NCBI GenBank assembly: GCA_963696455.1
Contig: CAVOKK010000025.1
Span: forward strand, 35,909 to 59,908
Reading direction: 5' to 3'
Source of the DNA: an uncultured Actinomycetota bacterium
Lineage (GTDB): Bacteria > Actinomycetota > Actinomycetes > Streptosporangiales > Streptosporangiaceae
DNA: 24,000 nt
Numbering within the stretch: the first letter of the stretch is position 1; the number at the start of each line of letters is the position of its first letter. Below, in pieces: positions 7,858-16,222 of this stretch. The translations under genes were made by a program, and so were the position numbers. The notes under the pieces were generated by a model. It saw nothing but the letters and a program-made list of their open reading frames with translations, was not told the origin of the DNA and ran no database searches.

Positions 7858-9609
7858 GTGACTCTCTCGCTGCGCGAGATCCTCGAGCTCGAGCCGCTCC
7901 GCAGGGCACGCCCGCAGGTGCTCGCCGGGCGGGACCATCTCGACGAGTTCGTCAGGTGGGTCCACGTGACAGAGCTCCCCGACATCGCCTACCTGCTGCG
8001 GGGCGGCGAGCTTCTCCTCACGACCGGGATGGCGATCGCCGGAAGCTCGCACGTCCAGGAGAAGTACATTGCCGATCTGGCGACCGCCGGAGTGGCCGGT
8101 GTCGTCGTCGAGCTTGGCCGCAACTTCCGCGAACTGCCCGACGCCATGGTCAGGGCAGCCGAATCCGCCGGGCTGCCGCTCGTGGCGCTCGAGCGCGAGG
8201 CCCGGTTCGTCGAGGTCACGGAGGCGGTGCACAGGGAGATCATCAACCGGCAGTACGAGCTCTTGCGCCGTGCCGAGCAGGTGAGCCGGGAACTCACCGA
8301 GCTCATCCTCTCCGGTGCCGAGCTGGGCCGCATCGTCGGCCGGCTCGCCGAGATCTTCGGCGACCACGTCGTACTCGAGGACGACGCCCACCAGGTTGTC
8401 GAGATCGCAGGCGTCAGCGAGGGCCTCGGCGACGTGCTCGCCGGGTGGGACGAGCACGCCCGCAGCGGGCACGACGAGATCGAGCGCGGCGCCGTGCACC
8501 GCTGCGACGGCGCCCCGCGGTGCCTGTGGGTAACGCTGTGGCTCCGGCACCAGCCGTGGGGCCGTCTCCACGTTCTCGAGACGCGCAGCCGGCTGGACGA
8601 CATCATCGAGCTGCTCGTCGACCGGGCGGGCGCTGCCCTCAGCCTCACGCTCCTGGCCGAGAAGGACGCCGCCCATCTGGCCGATCGCGCCCGAAGCGCC
8701 CTGGTGAGCGAGGCGGTCTCGGGTCGTTCCGGGACGGCTACGGACTTCCTGCGCCGGGCGCGCAGCCTCGGCGCCGACCTTGCCGGAGGCCGCCTCGTGC
8801 TGCTTGCCGTCGAGACGACGTGGCCGACGCCGACGCCGACGCCGCCCGGCGCGGCCGCAGGCCGCGTCGCCGGCCGGGCGGCGGCGAGCGAGGAGGCGCG
8901 CCGGCTCTCCGTCCGTGCCGCCGTTGCCGCCGACATCCGCCAGGCAGCGACCGAGCGCGCGTGCGGGGCCCTGGTCGGCCTGGTGGGCGACTACATCCTT
9001 GCCGTTCTCGCCGTGCCGGGCGGCCGGTCCTTCCCCGGCGTGCTCGAAGAGGTCGTCGAGCAGGCGGCCGTCAGGGCGACGCTGCGCAACGAGCCGGTCG
9101 AGATCACGGCGGGAACGAGCAGTGAGACATCGGCAGACTCCCTCCCGGCCGCGGTCGACGAGGCAGTTGCCGCTCTCGGCGTCGGGCGCAGGAGCAGCGA
9201 CGGCCGCCGCATCCATCACTTCGCCGAACTCGGCACCTACCAGCTGCTGGTAGCACTCGCCCAGGGACCGGAGCTGGCGCAGTTCGTCGACTCCGAGCTG
9301 CGGGCTGTGCTCGACCACGACGCCCGGGCTCGCACGAGACTGCTGCCGACGCTGACCGCCTACCTCGAGCACGCCGGGCGCAAGGCGGACACGATCCGCG
9401 CCCTGGGCGTCCAGCGCCGCACTCTTTACGCCCGGCTCGAACGGCTCGAGGCCATCCTCGGGCGAAGCCTGGAGCTGCAGGACACCCGGACTCGCCTCAC
9501 TCTCGCGCTGCAGGGCCTGGCTCTACTGCAGGATCGCCAGCCGCTCCTGTTCACCACGGCGCGCGGGGCCGCGGCCATGGCGCCGGCGGTCTCAAGCGCG
9601 AACACGTGA
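7858..9609 (+). CDS. PucR-family transcriptional regulator
   Basis: The N-terminus (V)TLSLREILELEPL...LLTTGMA is typical of the PucR N-terminal domain. The C-terminal HTH reads LLPTLTAYLEHAGRKADTIRALGVQRRTLYARLERLEAILG. GTG at 7858 is preferred, with 7849 as an alternative; the track's 7534 start adds non-coding-looking sequence. Confidence 0.85.
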   Translation: MTLSLREILELEPLRRARPQVLAGRDHLDEFVRWVHVTELPDIAYLLRGGELLLTTGMAIAGSSHVQEKYIADLATAGVAGVVVELGRNFRELPDAMVRAAESAGLPLVALEREARFVEVTEAVHREIINRQYELLRRAEQVSRELTELILSGAELGRIVGRLAEIFGDHVVLEDDAHQVVEIAGVSEGLGDVLAGWDEHARSGHDEIERGAVHRCDGAPRCLWVTLWLRHQPWGRLHVLETRSRLDDIIELLVDRAGAALSLTLLAEKDAAHLADRARSALVSEAVSGRSGTATDFLRRARSLGADLAGGRLVLLAVETTWPTPTPTPPGAAAGRVAGRAAASEEARRLSVRAAVAADIRQAATERACGALVGLVGDYILAVLAVPGGRSFPGVLEEVVEQAAVRATLRNEPVEITAGTSSETSADSLPAAVDEAVAALGVGRRSSDGRRIHHFAELGTYQLLVALAQGPELAQFVDSELRAVLDHDARARTRLLPTLTAYLEHAGRKADTIRALGVQRRTLYARLERLEAILGRSLELQDTRTRLTLALQGLALLQDRQPLLFTTARGAAAMAPAVSSANT

Positions 9610-9673
9610 GCAGGTCGACCTGACCGGCCCGTCCTCGCCTGAGACGCCGCTCTTGCCTGGTGACCGACCGCCA

Positions 9674-9692
9674 TGTGTCACTTTGTGACACA
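9674..9692. promoter_or_regulatory. 19-bp perfect palindrome (operator candidate) with a -10-like box for the TA operon
   Basis: TGTGTCAC-TTT-GTGACACA. TACGAT at 9699-9704 lies 6 nt before the ATG at 9711, consistent with a leaderless transcript. Confidence 0.5.
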
Positions 9693-9710
9693 CGGTGGTA
9701 CGATCACAAC

Positions 9711-10124
9711 ATGGCCGATCATTACACCCTGCGGCTGGCGCCGGGAATCAAGCAGCGGCTCGCCGACTGGGCCCGGCGGTCCGGCATGCCCGAGCGCAGC
9801 CTTGCCCAGCGATACGTCGATGAGGGCCTCCGGCATGACGCTCATCCGCTGATCCAGTTCCTGGACGGCCCCAGCGGCCGGCGCGCCAGCCTGGCTGGCC
9901 GCGGCCTGGACGTCTGGGAGGTCATCGCCACGATCCGCGACAACCACGGGTCGATCGCCCAGGCCGCCGACTACCTGCAGATACCCGCCGGGCTGGTCGA
10001 AGCGTCCGTTGCCTACTACGGCGAGTACAAAGGCGAGATCGACCAGGAGATTGAGCTCAACGAGGCGGAGTACGCGCGCGGGATCGCGGCCGCCGCAGCC
10101 GGCGAGCGGGCGCTGCGCGAGTGA
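9711..10124 (+). CDS. Antitoxin-like protein: N-terminal RHH-like segment plus DUF433-like domain
   Basis: MADHYTLRLAPGIKQRLADWARRSG looks RHH-like. GRRASLAGRGLDVWEVIATIRDNHGSIAQAADYLQIPAGLVEASVAYY fits the DUF433 pattern. The stop overlaps the next gene's start (GTGA). Confidence 0.7.
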   Translation: MADHYTLRLAPGIKQRLADWARRSGMPERSLAQRYVDEGLRHDAHPLIQFLDGPSGRRASLAGRGLDVWEVIATIRDNHGSIAQAADYLQIPAGLVEASVAYYGEYKGEIDQEIELNEAEYARGIAAAAAGERALRE

Positions 10125-10489
10125 AAGCCCTGCTGGACGAGCAGCTATCGCCGCAGATCGCCGCGCTCCTGCGCCAGGCCGGCCTCGACGTGGAAGCGGT
10201 CGCCGAACGGCCTGACCTGGTCGGGCGCAGCGACATGGTCATCTTCGAGGTCGCCTGCCGCGAGGACCGGGCCGTGATCACGAACAACATCAAGGATTTC
10301 CGGCCGCTGGCCGCTCAGTGGCTCGCCCAGGGACGCGTCCACGGCGGGCTGATCCTGCTCCCCTCCGCACGCACGCGCACCCGCGCCGCCACCACGATGC
10401 TGGCCGACCGGATCGCCAGCATCCTGCAGGACAACCCCGATGGCCTGACCAGCAGCGAACGCTGGATCAGCCCGCTGCCCAGCAGCTGA
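10121..10489 (+). CDS. PIN-like toxin candidate (DUF5615 / Mut7-C-like)
   Basis: MKALLDEQLSPQIAALLRQAGLDVEAV...DMVIFEVACREDRAVITNNIKDF...GGLILL matches the DUF5615 pattern. There is a 4-nt GTGA overlap with the upstream gene. Confidence 0.7.
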   Translation: MKALLDEQLSPQIAALLRQAGLDVEAVAERPDLVGRSDMVIFEVACREDRAVITNNIKDFRPLAAQWLAQGRVHGGLILLPSARTRTRAATTMLADRIASILQDNPDGLTSSERWISPLPSS

Positions 10490-10578
10490 ACCCTGCTCGG
10501 TCACCACCTGCGGGAAGCCGGTTATGCCCAGGCCGGAATGGACATCGATACCTCGGGCCGCAGATCCCCGGCGAGGGT

Positions 10579-11367
10579 CTACTGCGGGTTCCCGTGCAGG
10601 CCGCCGGCGGCCGGTCCCGGCGCGGGATCGGCCCAGTGCGGTTCGCGCTTCTCAGCGAAGGCCGCGAGACCCTCACGCATGTCCGGGCCGGCTTGAATCC
10701 GTTCCACTGCACGCGCGGTGGCCTCCCATCCCACGGCTTCCGCAGCAGTCCATTGCTCCTCCAGTGCCTGCAGGGTGGCGCGCACAGACGCAGGCGATGA
10801 GGCACATACCTCCTCGGCAAGTTCGAGCGCGACGGGGACCGCGTGGCCCGGTTCGGCGAGCCGGTTCACGAAGCCGATCTGGTAGGCGCGCTGCGCGTCA
10901 AGGCGGGCTCCGGTGATGAGCAGTTCCCTGCACAGGTTCACCGGCAGGCACCGCATGGCCCGCAGCAGCGCACCGGAGCTGGCGACGAGGCCCCGCATGG
11001 TCTCGGGCAGCCCGAACTCGGCGGTGCGGGACGCGACGACCAGGTCGCAGGACATCGCGATCTCGAACCCGCCCCCGAGAGCGAGCCCTTCCACGGCCGC
11101 GATGAGGGGCTTCGTGTGCTTCCGCCGGATGATGCCGTACTCCCCGCCCCGCTGCGTCGGGCCGCCCGCGCCGGACACGATGTCCGTTCCGGCGCAGAAG
11201 ACCTCGGCAGTGCCGGTCAGGATGCCAGCCCAGTACCGGGGATCGTCCTGGAAGTCGCTGAGCGCTTCGTCGAGTTCCCGGGTGGTCACGCCGTCGATGG
11301 CGTTGCGCTTGGCCGGTCGCTCGATGCGGATCACGGCGACGCGCCCGCGGGTCTCTTTCCGGATCAT
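10579..11367 (-). CDS. Enoyl-CoA hydratase/isomerase (crotonase) family protein
   Basis: VAVIRIERPAKRNAI, FCAGTDI and PLIAAVEGLALGGGFEIAMSCDLVVAS...FGLPE are the crotonase oxyanion-hole motifs. Confidence 0.85.
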   Translation of the reverse strand: MIRKETRGRVAVIRIERPAKRNAIDGVTTRELDEALSDFQDDPRYWAGILTGTAEVFCAGTDIVSGAGGPTQRGGEYGIIRRKHTKPLIAAVEGLALGGGFEIAMSCDLVVASRTAEFGLPETMRGLVASSGALLRAMRCLPVNLCRELLITGARLDAQRAYQIGFVNRLAEPGHAVPVALELAEEVCASSPASVRATLQALEEQWTAAEAVGWEATARAVERIQAGPDMREGLAAFAEKREPHWADPAPGPAAGGLHGNPQ

Positions 11368-11403
11368 GGCTTCACTCCGCTCAGAAGAAATGCGCCGTTA
11401 CCC

Positions 11404-12381
11404 TCATCGAGGGTTCAGTACGTACTTGCCTGTTACCCCGCGTTCGCCGAAGCTCCTGAGAAGCCGCCCGGCCTCGCCGAGGGGCACGGATTGCGGCGCA
11501 GGCGGATGTATCTCGCCGGCGCTGATCCGCGCGAGGACGTCGGCCAGCAGATCGCGACTAGCGCCGGGGCCCCCGCCGCCGCGCGACCAGTCCCCCCAGT
11601 CCACGCCGATGATGCTGCGGTTGCGCAGCAGGACGACGTTCATGGGCAGCCGCGGGATCTCCCCCGAGGCGAAGCCGAGGACGCAGAGCCGTCCGCCGGC
11701 GTTGAGCGCGCGCAGAGCGGACTCACTCGGCGCGCCGCCGACCGGATCGATGACGACATCCGCGCCGCCATCGGTCACAGACCGGATGGCGTCCTTGAGA
11801 TTGTGGTAATCGATGGCGACATCGGCTCCCGCGGCCAGCGCGGCGGCCCTCTTCTGCTCGGTGGACGCAACGGCCACGACCCGGGCTCCGAGGCCGTGAG
11901 CGACATCGACAGCGGCGAGCCCGATGCTCCCGCCGGCACCCAGAACGACGACCTGCTCGCCGGGTTCGATCGTGACCCGCCTGGTGACGGCAAAGACCAT
12001 TGTCGAGTAGTTCTCAGCCGCGCTGGCGGCCACCGTCAGGTCAACACCATCAGGGACGAGGACTACTCCGGCCGCAGGGCGCACGGCGTGCGACGTGTAG
12101 CAGCCGAAGTCCATGTCGATGCACGCAACCGGGACACCGATCGCAAGGTGGTCGACGTTGGCCCCGCACTCGACGACCTGCCCGGAGAGTGCCGAGCCGG
12201 GCGTGAACGGGAGCTCGGGCCGGATCTGGTACTTCCCTTCGACGATCAGGCCGTCGACGAAGGACGTCCCCGCGGCCGCCACCTCGATCAGAACCTCGTC
12301 CGGTCCCGCCCCTGGAGTGGGCTCGTCGACCAATTGGAGCATGTCGGGACTGCCGAAGCCGGTGCACAAGATGCGCTGCAT
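11404..12381 (-). CDS. NADPH:quinone oxidoreductase-like MDR (zinc-type alcohol dehydrogenase superfamily)
   Basis: AGGAG lies 9 nt upstream of the ATG at 12381. The sequence has MQRILCTGFGSPDMLQLVDEPTP...VLIEVAAAG and the Rossmann motif VLGAGGSIGLAAV. The track's 459-aa ORF over-extends the 5' end. Confidence 0.85.
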   Translation of the reverse strand: MQRILCTGFGSPDMLQLVDEPTPGAGPDEVLIEVAAAGTSFVDGLIVEGKYQIRPELPFTPGSALSGQVVECGANVDHLAIGVPVACIDMDFGCYTSHAVRPAAGVVLVPDGVDLTVAASAAENYSTMVFAVTRRVTIEPGEQVVVLGAGGSIGLAAVDVAHGLGARVVAVASTEQKRAAALAAGADVAIDYHNLKDAIRSVTDGGADVVIDPVGGAPSESALRALNAGGRLCVLGFASGEIPRLPMNVVLLRNRSIIGVDWGDWSRGGGGPGASRDLLADVLARISAGEIHPPAPQSVPLGEAGRLLRSFGERGVTGKYVLNPR

Positions 12382-12427
12382 CGATGGATCTCCTGTCTGC
12401 GCGGAGCACTGCTGCTGCGCGCCGAAC

Positions 12428-12446
12428 GATAGCCTTATCTCTATGA
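12428..12446. promoter_or_regulatory. LysR-type box GATAGccttATCTCTATGA (ATAG-N8-CTAT dyad)
   Basis: It lies in the divergent qor/lysR intergenic region. It is 15/19 identical to a second copy at 13342-13360. Confidence 0.5.
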
Positions 12447-12477
12447 TCATGGTCGTCGTGGCGCGAGAAGGCTTCCG

Positions 12478-13360
12478 ATGGCGATCACCCTGACTCAGAT
12501 CCGCGCCTTCCTGGCGGTGAAGGCAACCGGCAGCATGCGCCTGGCGGCTGAGCAGCTGCTGATCAGCCAGCCGTCTGTGTCGGCCGCGGTCTCGGCGCTC
12601 GCCGATGAGCTGATGACGCCGCTGGTCGAACGCCATGGCCGCGGCGTACGGCTCACCGCGGCCGGGGAGGCGTTCGTCCCCTACGCAGCCCAGGTGCTCG
12701 GGCTGCTCGAGCAGGGCACATTCGCTGCCAGGGAGGCAGCCGCACCCGGAGAGCTCGAAGATCCGCCTGATCACCGTCAACACTGCCGGCGAGTACCTGG
12801 TTCCGCCGCTGATCCAGGCCTACCGGCTGCTGCATCCGGGCATCAGCGTCCTGCTGGAGGTCGCTAACCGCGCCACGCTGCTCGAGCGGCTGCAGTCCCG
12901 GCGCGCTGATATCGGCATCGGCGGCCGGCCGCCCGGCGGCAGGCTGTCTGGCTACCCGTTCCTGTCCAACGAGCTTGTCGTCGTCGGCCGGGAGATTCCC
13001 GCCGACCTCGGCGAGGCCTCGTGGCTGCTGCGTGAGGAGGGGTCCGGCACCCGGCTGGCCACCGAGCGCCTGCTCGCCGACCTCGACCTCACCGCTCCGG
13101 AGGTGCAGACGCTGGGGTCAAACGGCGCGATCAAGAATGGCCTGGCGGTCGGCCTCGGCATCACCCTGATCTCGCGGTTCGCCGTAGCCCGTGAGCTGCG
13201 GGAGGGGCGCCTGGTCGAGATCGGCGTGCCCGGCACGCCACTGACGCGCCCCTGGCACGTGCTGTTCCCCCGATCGGGACCGGAACGTCCGGCCGTCCGC
13301 GCGTTCGGCGAGTTCCTGCGGTCGGACCAGGCTCGTCAATTGATAGAAGAATCTCTATGA
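12478..13360 (+). pseudogene. LysR-family regulator (CbbR-like by position), frameshifted between the HTH and effector domains
   Basis: The HTH part (MAITLTQIRAFLAVKATGSMRLAAEQLLISQPSVSAAVSALADEL) is in one frame. The substrate-binding part (SSKIRLITVNTAGEYLVPPLIQAYRLLHPGISVLLEV...) is in the next frame. The junction is near 12750-12765. Confidence 0.8.
13342..13360. promoter_or_regulatory. Second LysR-type box GATAGaagaATCTCTATGA, at the head of the AT-rich cbbL promoter region
   Basis: It overlaps the lysR stop codon. It is followed by TTGATAAATCTGG and TTTTTTAAAT, a roughly 60-bp AT-rich stretch in a 70% GC context. Confidence 0.5.
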
Positions 13361-13394
13361 CACATTGATAAATCTGGCCTTTTTTAAATGACTT

Positions 13395-14825
13395 ATGCCG
13401 CCTAGGCTTCTGAGCATGTTCGAAGCAGGAGTACGCGAGTACCGCGAGATCTACTGGACGCCCGGATACCAGCCCAGGCAGACTGACGTCCTCGCGGCGT
13501 TCCGGCTCATCCCGCAGCCGGACGTCGCACCGCAGGAGGCCGCCGCGGCCGTGGCCGCTGAATCCTCAACCGCTACCTGGACCACCGTCTGGACCGATCA
13601 CCTGACGACACTCGAGCGCTACAAGGCACGGGTCTACGACCTCGAGCCGGTGCCGGGCCGCGACAACCAGTACCTCGCGTACATCGCCTACCCGATGGAG
13701 CTGTTCGAAGAGGGCTCGGTGACGAGCATGATGGCCTCGATCACCGGGAACGTCTTCGGTTTCAAGGCGATCCGGGCGCTACGGCTGGAAGACCTGCGGA
13801 TCCCCGTCGCGTACGTCAAGACGTTCCAGGGTCCGCCGAACGGGATCCAGGTCGAGCGCGACAGGCTGAATAAGTACGGCCGGCCGCTGCTCGGCGCCAC
13901 GCTGAAGCCCAAGCTCGGGCTGTCGGCCAGGAACTACGGCCGTGCCTGCTTCGAGCTGCTGGCCGGCGGCCTCGACTTCACCAAGGACGACGAGAACATC
14001 ACCTCCCAGCCGTTCATGCGCTGGGGCGACCGGTTTGAGTTCGTGATGGAGGCCGTTCGCAAGGCCGAGCTGGAGACCGGGGAACGCAAGGGCCATTACC
14101 TCAACGTCACCGCGCCGGACTGCGAGCAGATGCTGGAGCGGGCCGAGGCCGCCAGGCAGCTCGGCGCGCCGATCATCATGCACGACTATCTGGTCGGCGG
14201 ATTCTCGGCGCACCAGACGCTGTCCCACTGGTGCCGCCGGAACGGCATGCTGCTGCACGTGCACCGCGCCCTGCACGCCGTGGTCGACCGGCAGAAGGAC
14301 CACGGCATCCACTTCCGGGTCCTCGCCAAGTGGCTGCGGCTGGCCGGCGGTGACCACCTGCACACCGGGACGGTCGTCGGCAAGCTTGAAGGCGACCGGG
14401 CGACGACGCTGGGCGTGGTCGACCTGCTCCGCGAGGACTTCGTGGCCGCGGACCGCAGCCGTGGCATCTACTTCGATCAGGAGTGGGCGGCGCTGCCAGC
14501 GGTCATGCCCGCCGCGTCCGGCGGGATCCATGTCTGGCACATGCCCGCGCTGGTCGACATCTTCGGTGATGACTCGGTCCTGCAATTCGGCGGCGGCTCC
14601 GCCGGGCACCCGATGGGCAGCCGGGCCGGCGCCACGGCCAACAGGGTCGCGCTCGAGGCCTGCGTCGCGGCTCGCAACGAGGGCCGCGACCTGGCCGCCG
14701 AGGGACCGCAGATCCTCGAGCAGGCGGCTCAGCGCTCTGCCGAGCTTTCCGCGGCGCTGGACACCTGGCGGGAGATCAAGTTCGATTTCGAGTCCGTCGA
14801 TACCCCGGATGTGATGCCGGCATGA
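13395..14825 (+). CDS. cbbL: RuBisCO large subunit, form I (red-like lineage)
   Basis: Catalytic motifs are intact: [80 protein letters not shown] and [12 protein letters not shown]. The red-type signature [11 protein letters not shown] is present. An alternative start is at 13416. Confidence 0.95.
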   Translation: MPPRLLSMFEAGVREYREIYWTPGYQPRQTDVLAAFRLIPQPDVAPQEAAAAVAAESSTATWTTVWTDHLTTLERYKARVYDLEPVPGRDNQYLAYIAYPMELFEEGSVTSMMASITGNVFGFKAIRALRLEDLRIPVAYVKTFQGPPNGIQVERDRLNKYGRPLLGATLKPKLGLSARNYGRACFELLAGGLDFTKDDENITSQPFMRWGDRFEFVMEAVRKAELETGERKGHYLNVTAPDCEQMLERAEAARQLGAPIIMHDYLVGGFSAHQTLSHWCRRNGMLLHVHRALHAVVDRQKDHGIHFRVLAKWLRLAGGDHLHTGTVVGKLEGDRATTLGVVDLLREDFVAADRSRGIYFDQEWAALPAVMPAASGGIHVWHMPALVDIFGDDSVLQFGGGSAGHPMGSRAGATANRVALEACVAARNEGRDLAAEGPQILEQAAQRSAELSAALDTWREIKFDFESVDTPDVMPA

Positions 14826-15133
14826 AGCTGGAAACCTTCTCCTACCTGCCCGAGCTCACCCCCGGCCAGCTCGAGCGGCAGATCAGCGCGATCGTCGGCC
14901 GGGACCTCATGGCCGGCATCGAGTTCAGCACCGCACCGGACCCGCGCGATCACTACTGGACGATGTGGAAGCTTCCGCTGTTCGACGGCGCCGATACCGC
15001 GGCCGTCCTGGCCGAGCTTGAGGCCTGCCGGCAGGCTCACCCGGACGCCTATATCAAGCTCAACGGCTATGACGCGGTCAGGCAGGGCCAGGTCGTGTCG
15101 TTCGTCGTGTACCGCCCGGAACGGGGTGCGTGA
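14822..15133 (+). CDS. cbbS: RuBisCO small subunit (103 aa)
   Basis: ATGA overlap with cbbL. The sequence has [18 protein letters not shown]...[11 protein letters not shown]...[23 protein letters not shown]...SFVVYRP. Confidence 0.9.
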   Translation: MKLETFSYLPELTPGQLERQISAIVGRDLMAGIEFSTAPDPRDHYWTMWKLPLFDGADTAAVLAELEACRQAHPDAYIKLNGYDAVRQGQVVSFVVYRPERGA

Positions 15134-16125
15134 TGCCCCGGCCGATCATTCTGAGCATCGCCGGTGACTCCGGCTCCGGCAAGACAACCATTACCCGCGG
15201 CATCGTCCGGGTGCTCGGCGAGGACAGGGTCACCCACTTCTGCGCCGACGACTACCATCGCTTTGACCGGCGCCAGCGCGCTGAGCGTGGCATTACCCCG
15301 CTCGACCCGGAATGCAACTACCTCGACGTGCTGACACAGGACGTCCGGCACCTGCGCAACAACGACGCCATACTCAAGCCCACCTACCAGCACGCCGACG
15401 GCACCTTCGGGCCGCCTGTCTACCTCACGCCAGCCCGCTTCGTCATCGCGGAAGGGCTGCTGATTAACCACACCCCTGAGCTGCGCGAGATGTTCGACGT
15501 CCGTGTCTACCTGAACCCGCCCGAGGAGATCAGGCGGCGCTGGAAGGTGGCCCGCGACTGCTCCCGCCGCGGCTACTCCACCGATCAGGTCCTCCGCGAG
15601 CTCGACCGGCGCGAGCACGACTCCGAGCAGTTCGTCCGCCCGCAGCGGCACTACGCGGACATGGTCGTGTCCTTCATGCCGGGTTCCTCGCAGGACCCCG
15701 GGCAGCTGGACGCCCACCTCTTCCTCCGCGACTCGCTGCCCTACCCCGACCTGTCCGGAGTCGCCGGAACCGGCGGGGAAGCAGCGGAGGACGGCCTGAC
15801 GCTCATCGAGCGACCAGGCGAGCAGGAGCTGCGCATTCCCGGCACGATCTCGGCCGGCCGCGCCGTCGAGCTGGACGAGCTGATCTGGGACCGGATGCAT
15901 TTCGCGAGCCACCTGCGCCAGCAGCGACTCGGCGAGTTCACCACCGGCTCCGACCTGCACCGCTCCGACGCGCTCGCCCTCGCGCAGCTCCTGCTGCTGT
16001 ACGAGCTGGTGACCGCCCGTGCTGTCATAGCACTCGGCGGCGAGAGCGCCCGGTCCAGGGCGCAGCACTCGACCGAGCCGCCCCCCGTCCCGGAGGCGGT
16101 GGTCCCGGCCGGGCCCAGCCGGTAG
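15133..16125 (+). CDS. prk: Phosphoribulokinase (PRK/uridine kinase family)
   Basis: The ATG overlaps the cbbS TGA by 1 nt (GTG at 15130 is also possible). P-loop SIAGDSGSGKTT, DDYHRFDR, ITPLDPECNYLDV, LKPTYQH, VIAEGL and WKVARD are present. Confidence 0.85.
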   Translation: MPRPIILSIAGDSGSGKTTITRGIVRVLGEDRVTHFCADDYHRFDRRQRAERGITPLDPECNYLDVLTQDVRHLRNNDAILKPTYQHADGTFGPPVYLTPARFVIAEGLLINHTPELREMFDVRVYLNPPEEIRRRWKVARDCSRRGYSTDQVLRELDRREHDSEQFVRPQRHYADMVVSFMPGSSQDPGQLDAHLFLRDSLPYPDLSGVAGTGGEAAEDGLTLIERPGEQELRIPGTISAGRAVELDELIWDRMHFASHLRQQRLGEFTTGSDLHRSDALALAQLLLLYELVTARAVIALGGESARSRAQHSTEPPPVPEAVVPAGPSR

Positions 16126-16222
16126 GCCGTTCACCAGCCTAAGGAACGGGAACGAGCGGCTGGGAAACGCGGGAGCAGGGCTGCAGGCAGCCGGGGTCTC
16201 GCGCGGACCGGAGCCGTGCGAG

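Noticed and set aside
8815-8850. Tandem gccgac repeats (TPTPTP) inside pucR, considered as a possible repeat array.
   Set aside because: It is an in-frame low-complexity linker within an intact ORF, not an independent repeat element or CRISPR.
7744-9372. 542-aa ORF antisense to pucR. Similar long antisense ORFs: 10843-12432 (+), 13779-14609 (-), 15067-16308 (-), 16712-17767 (+), 20201-21724 (+), 2008-2685 (+).
   Set aside because: Arg/Gly/Pro/Ala-rich translations without recognisable motifs lie opposite genes with clear family signatures. This is the usual stop-codon-poor artefact of about 70% GC DNA.
7832-9692. Shared TCACTTTG core between the pucR operator candidate (7832-7844) and the TA palindrome (9678-9690).
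   Set aside because: It is only an 8-mer with different spacing and flanks, so most likely coincidence rather than a common regulator.
16126-16222. Possible bidirectional terminator between the convergent prk and PadR-membrane genes.
   Set aside because: I could not find a convincing stem-loop; only 4-bp stems are present.
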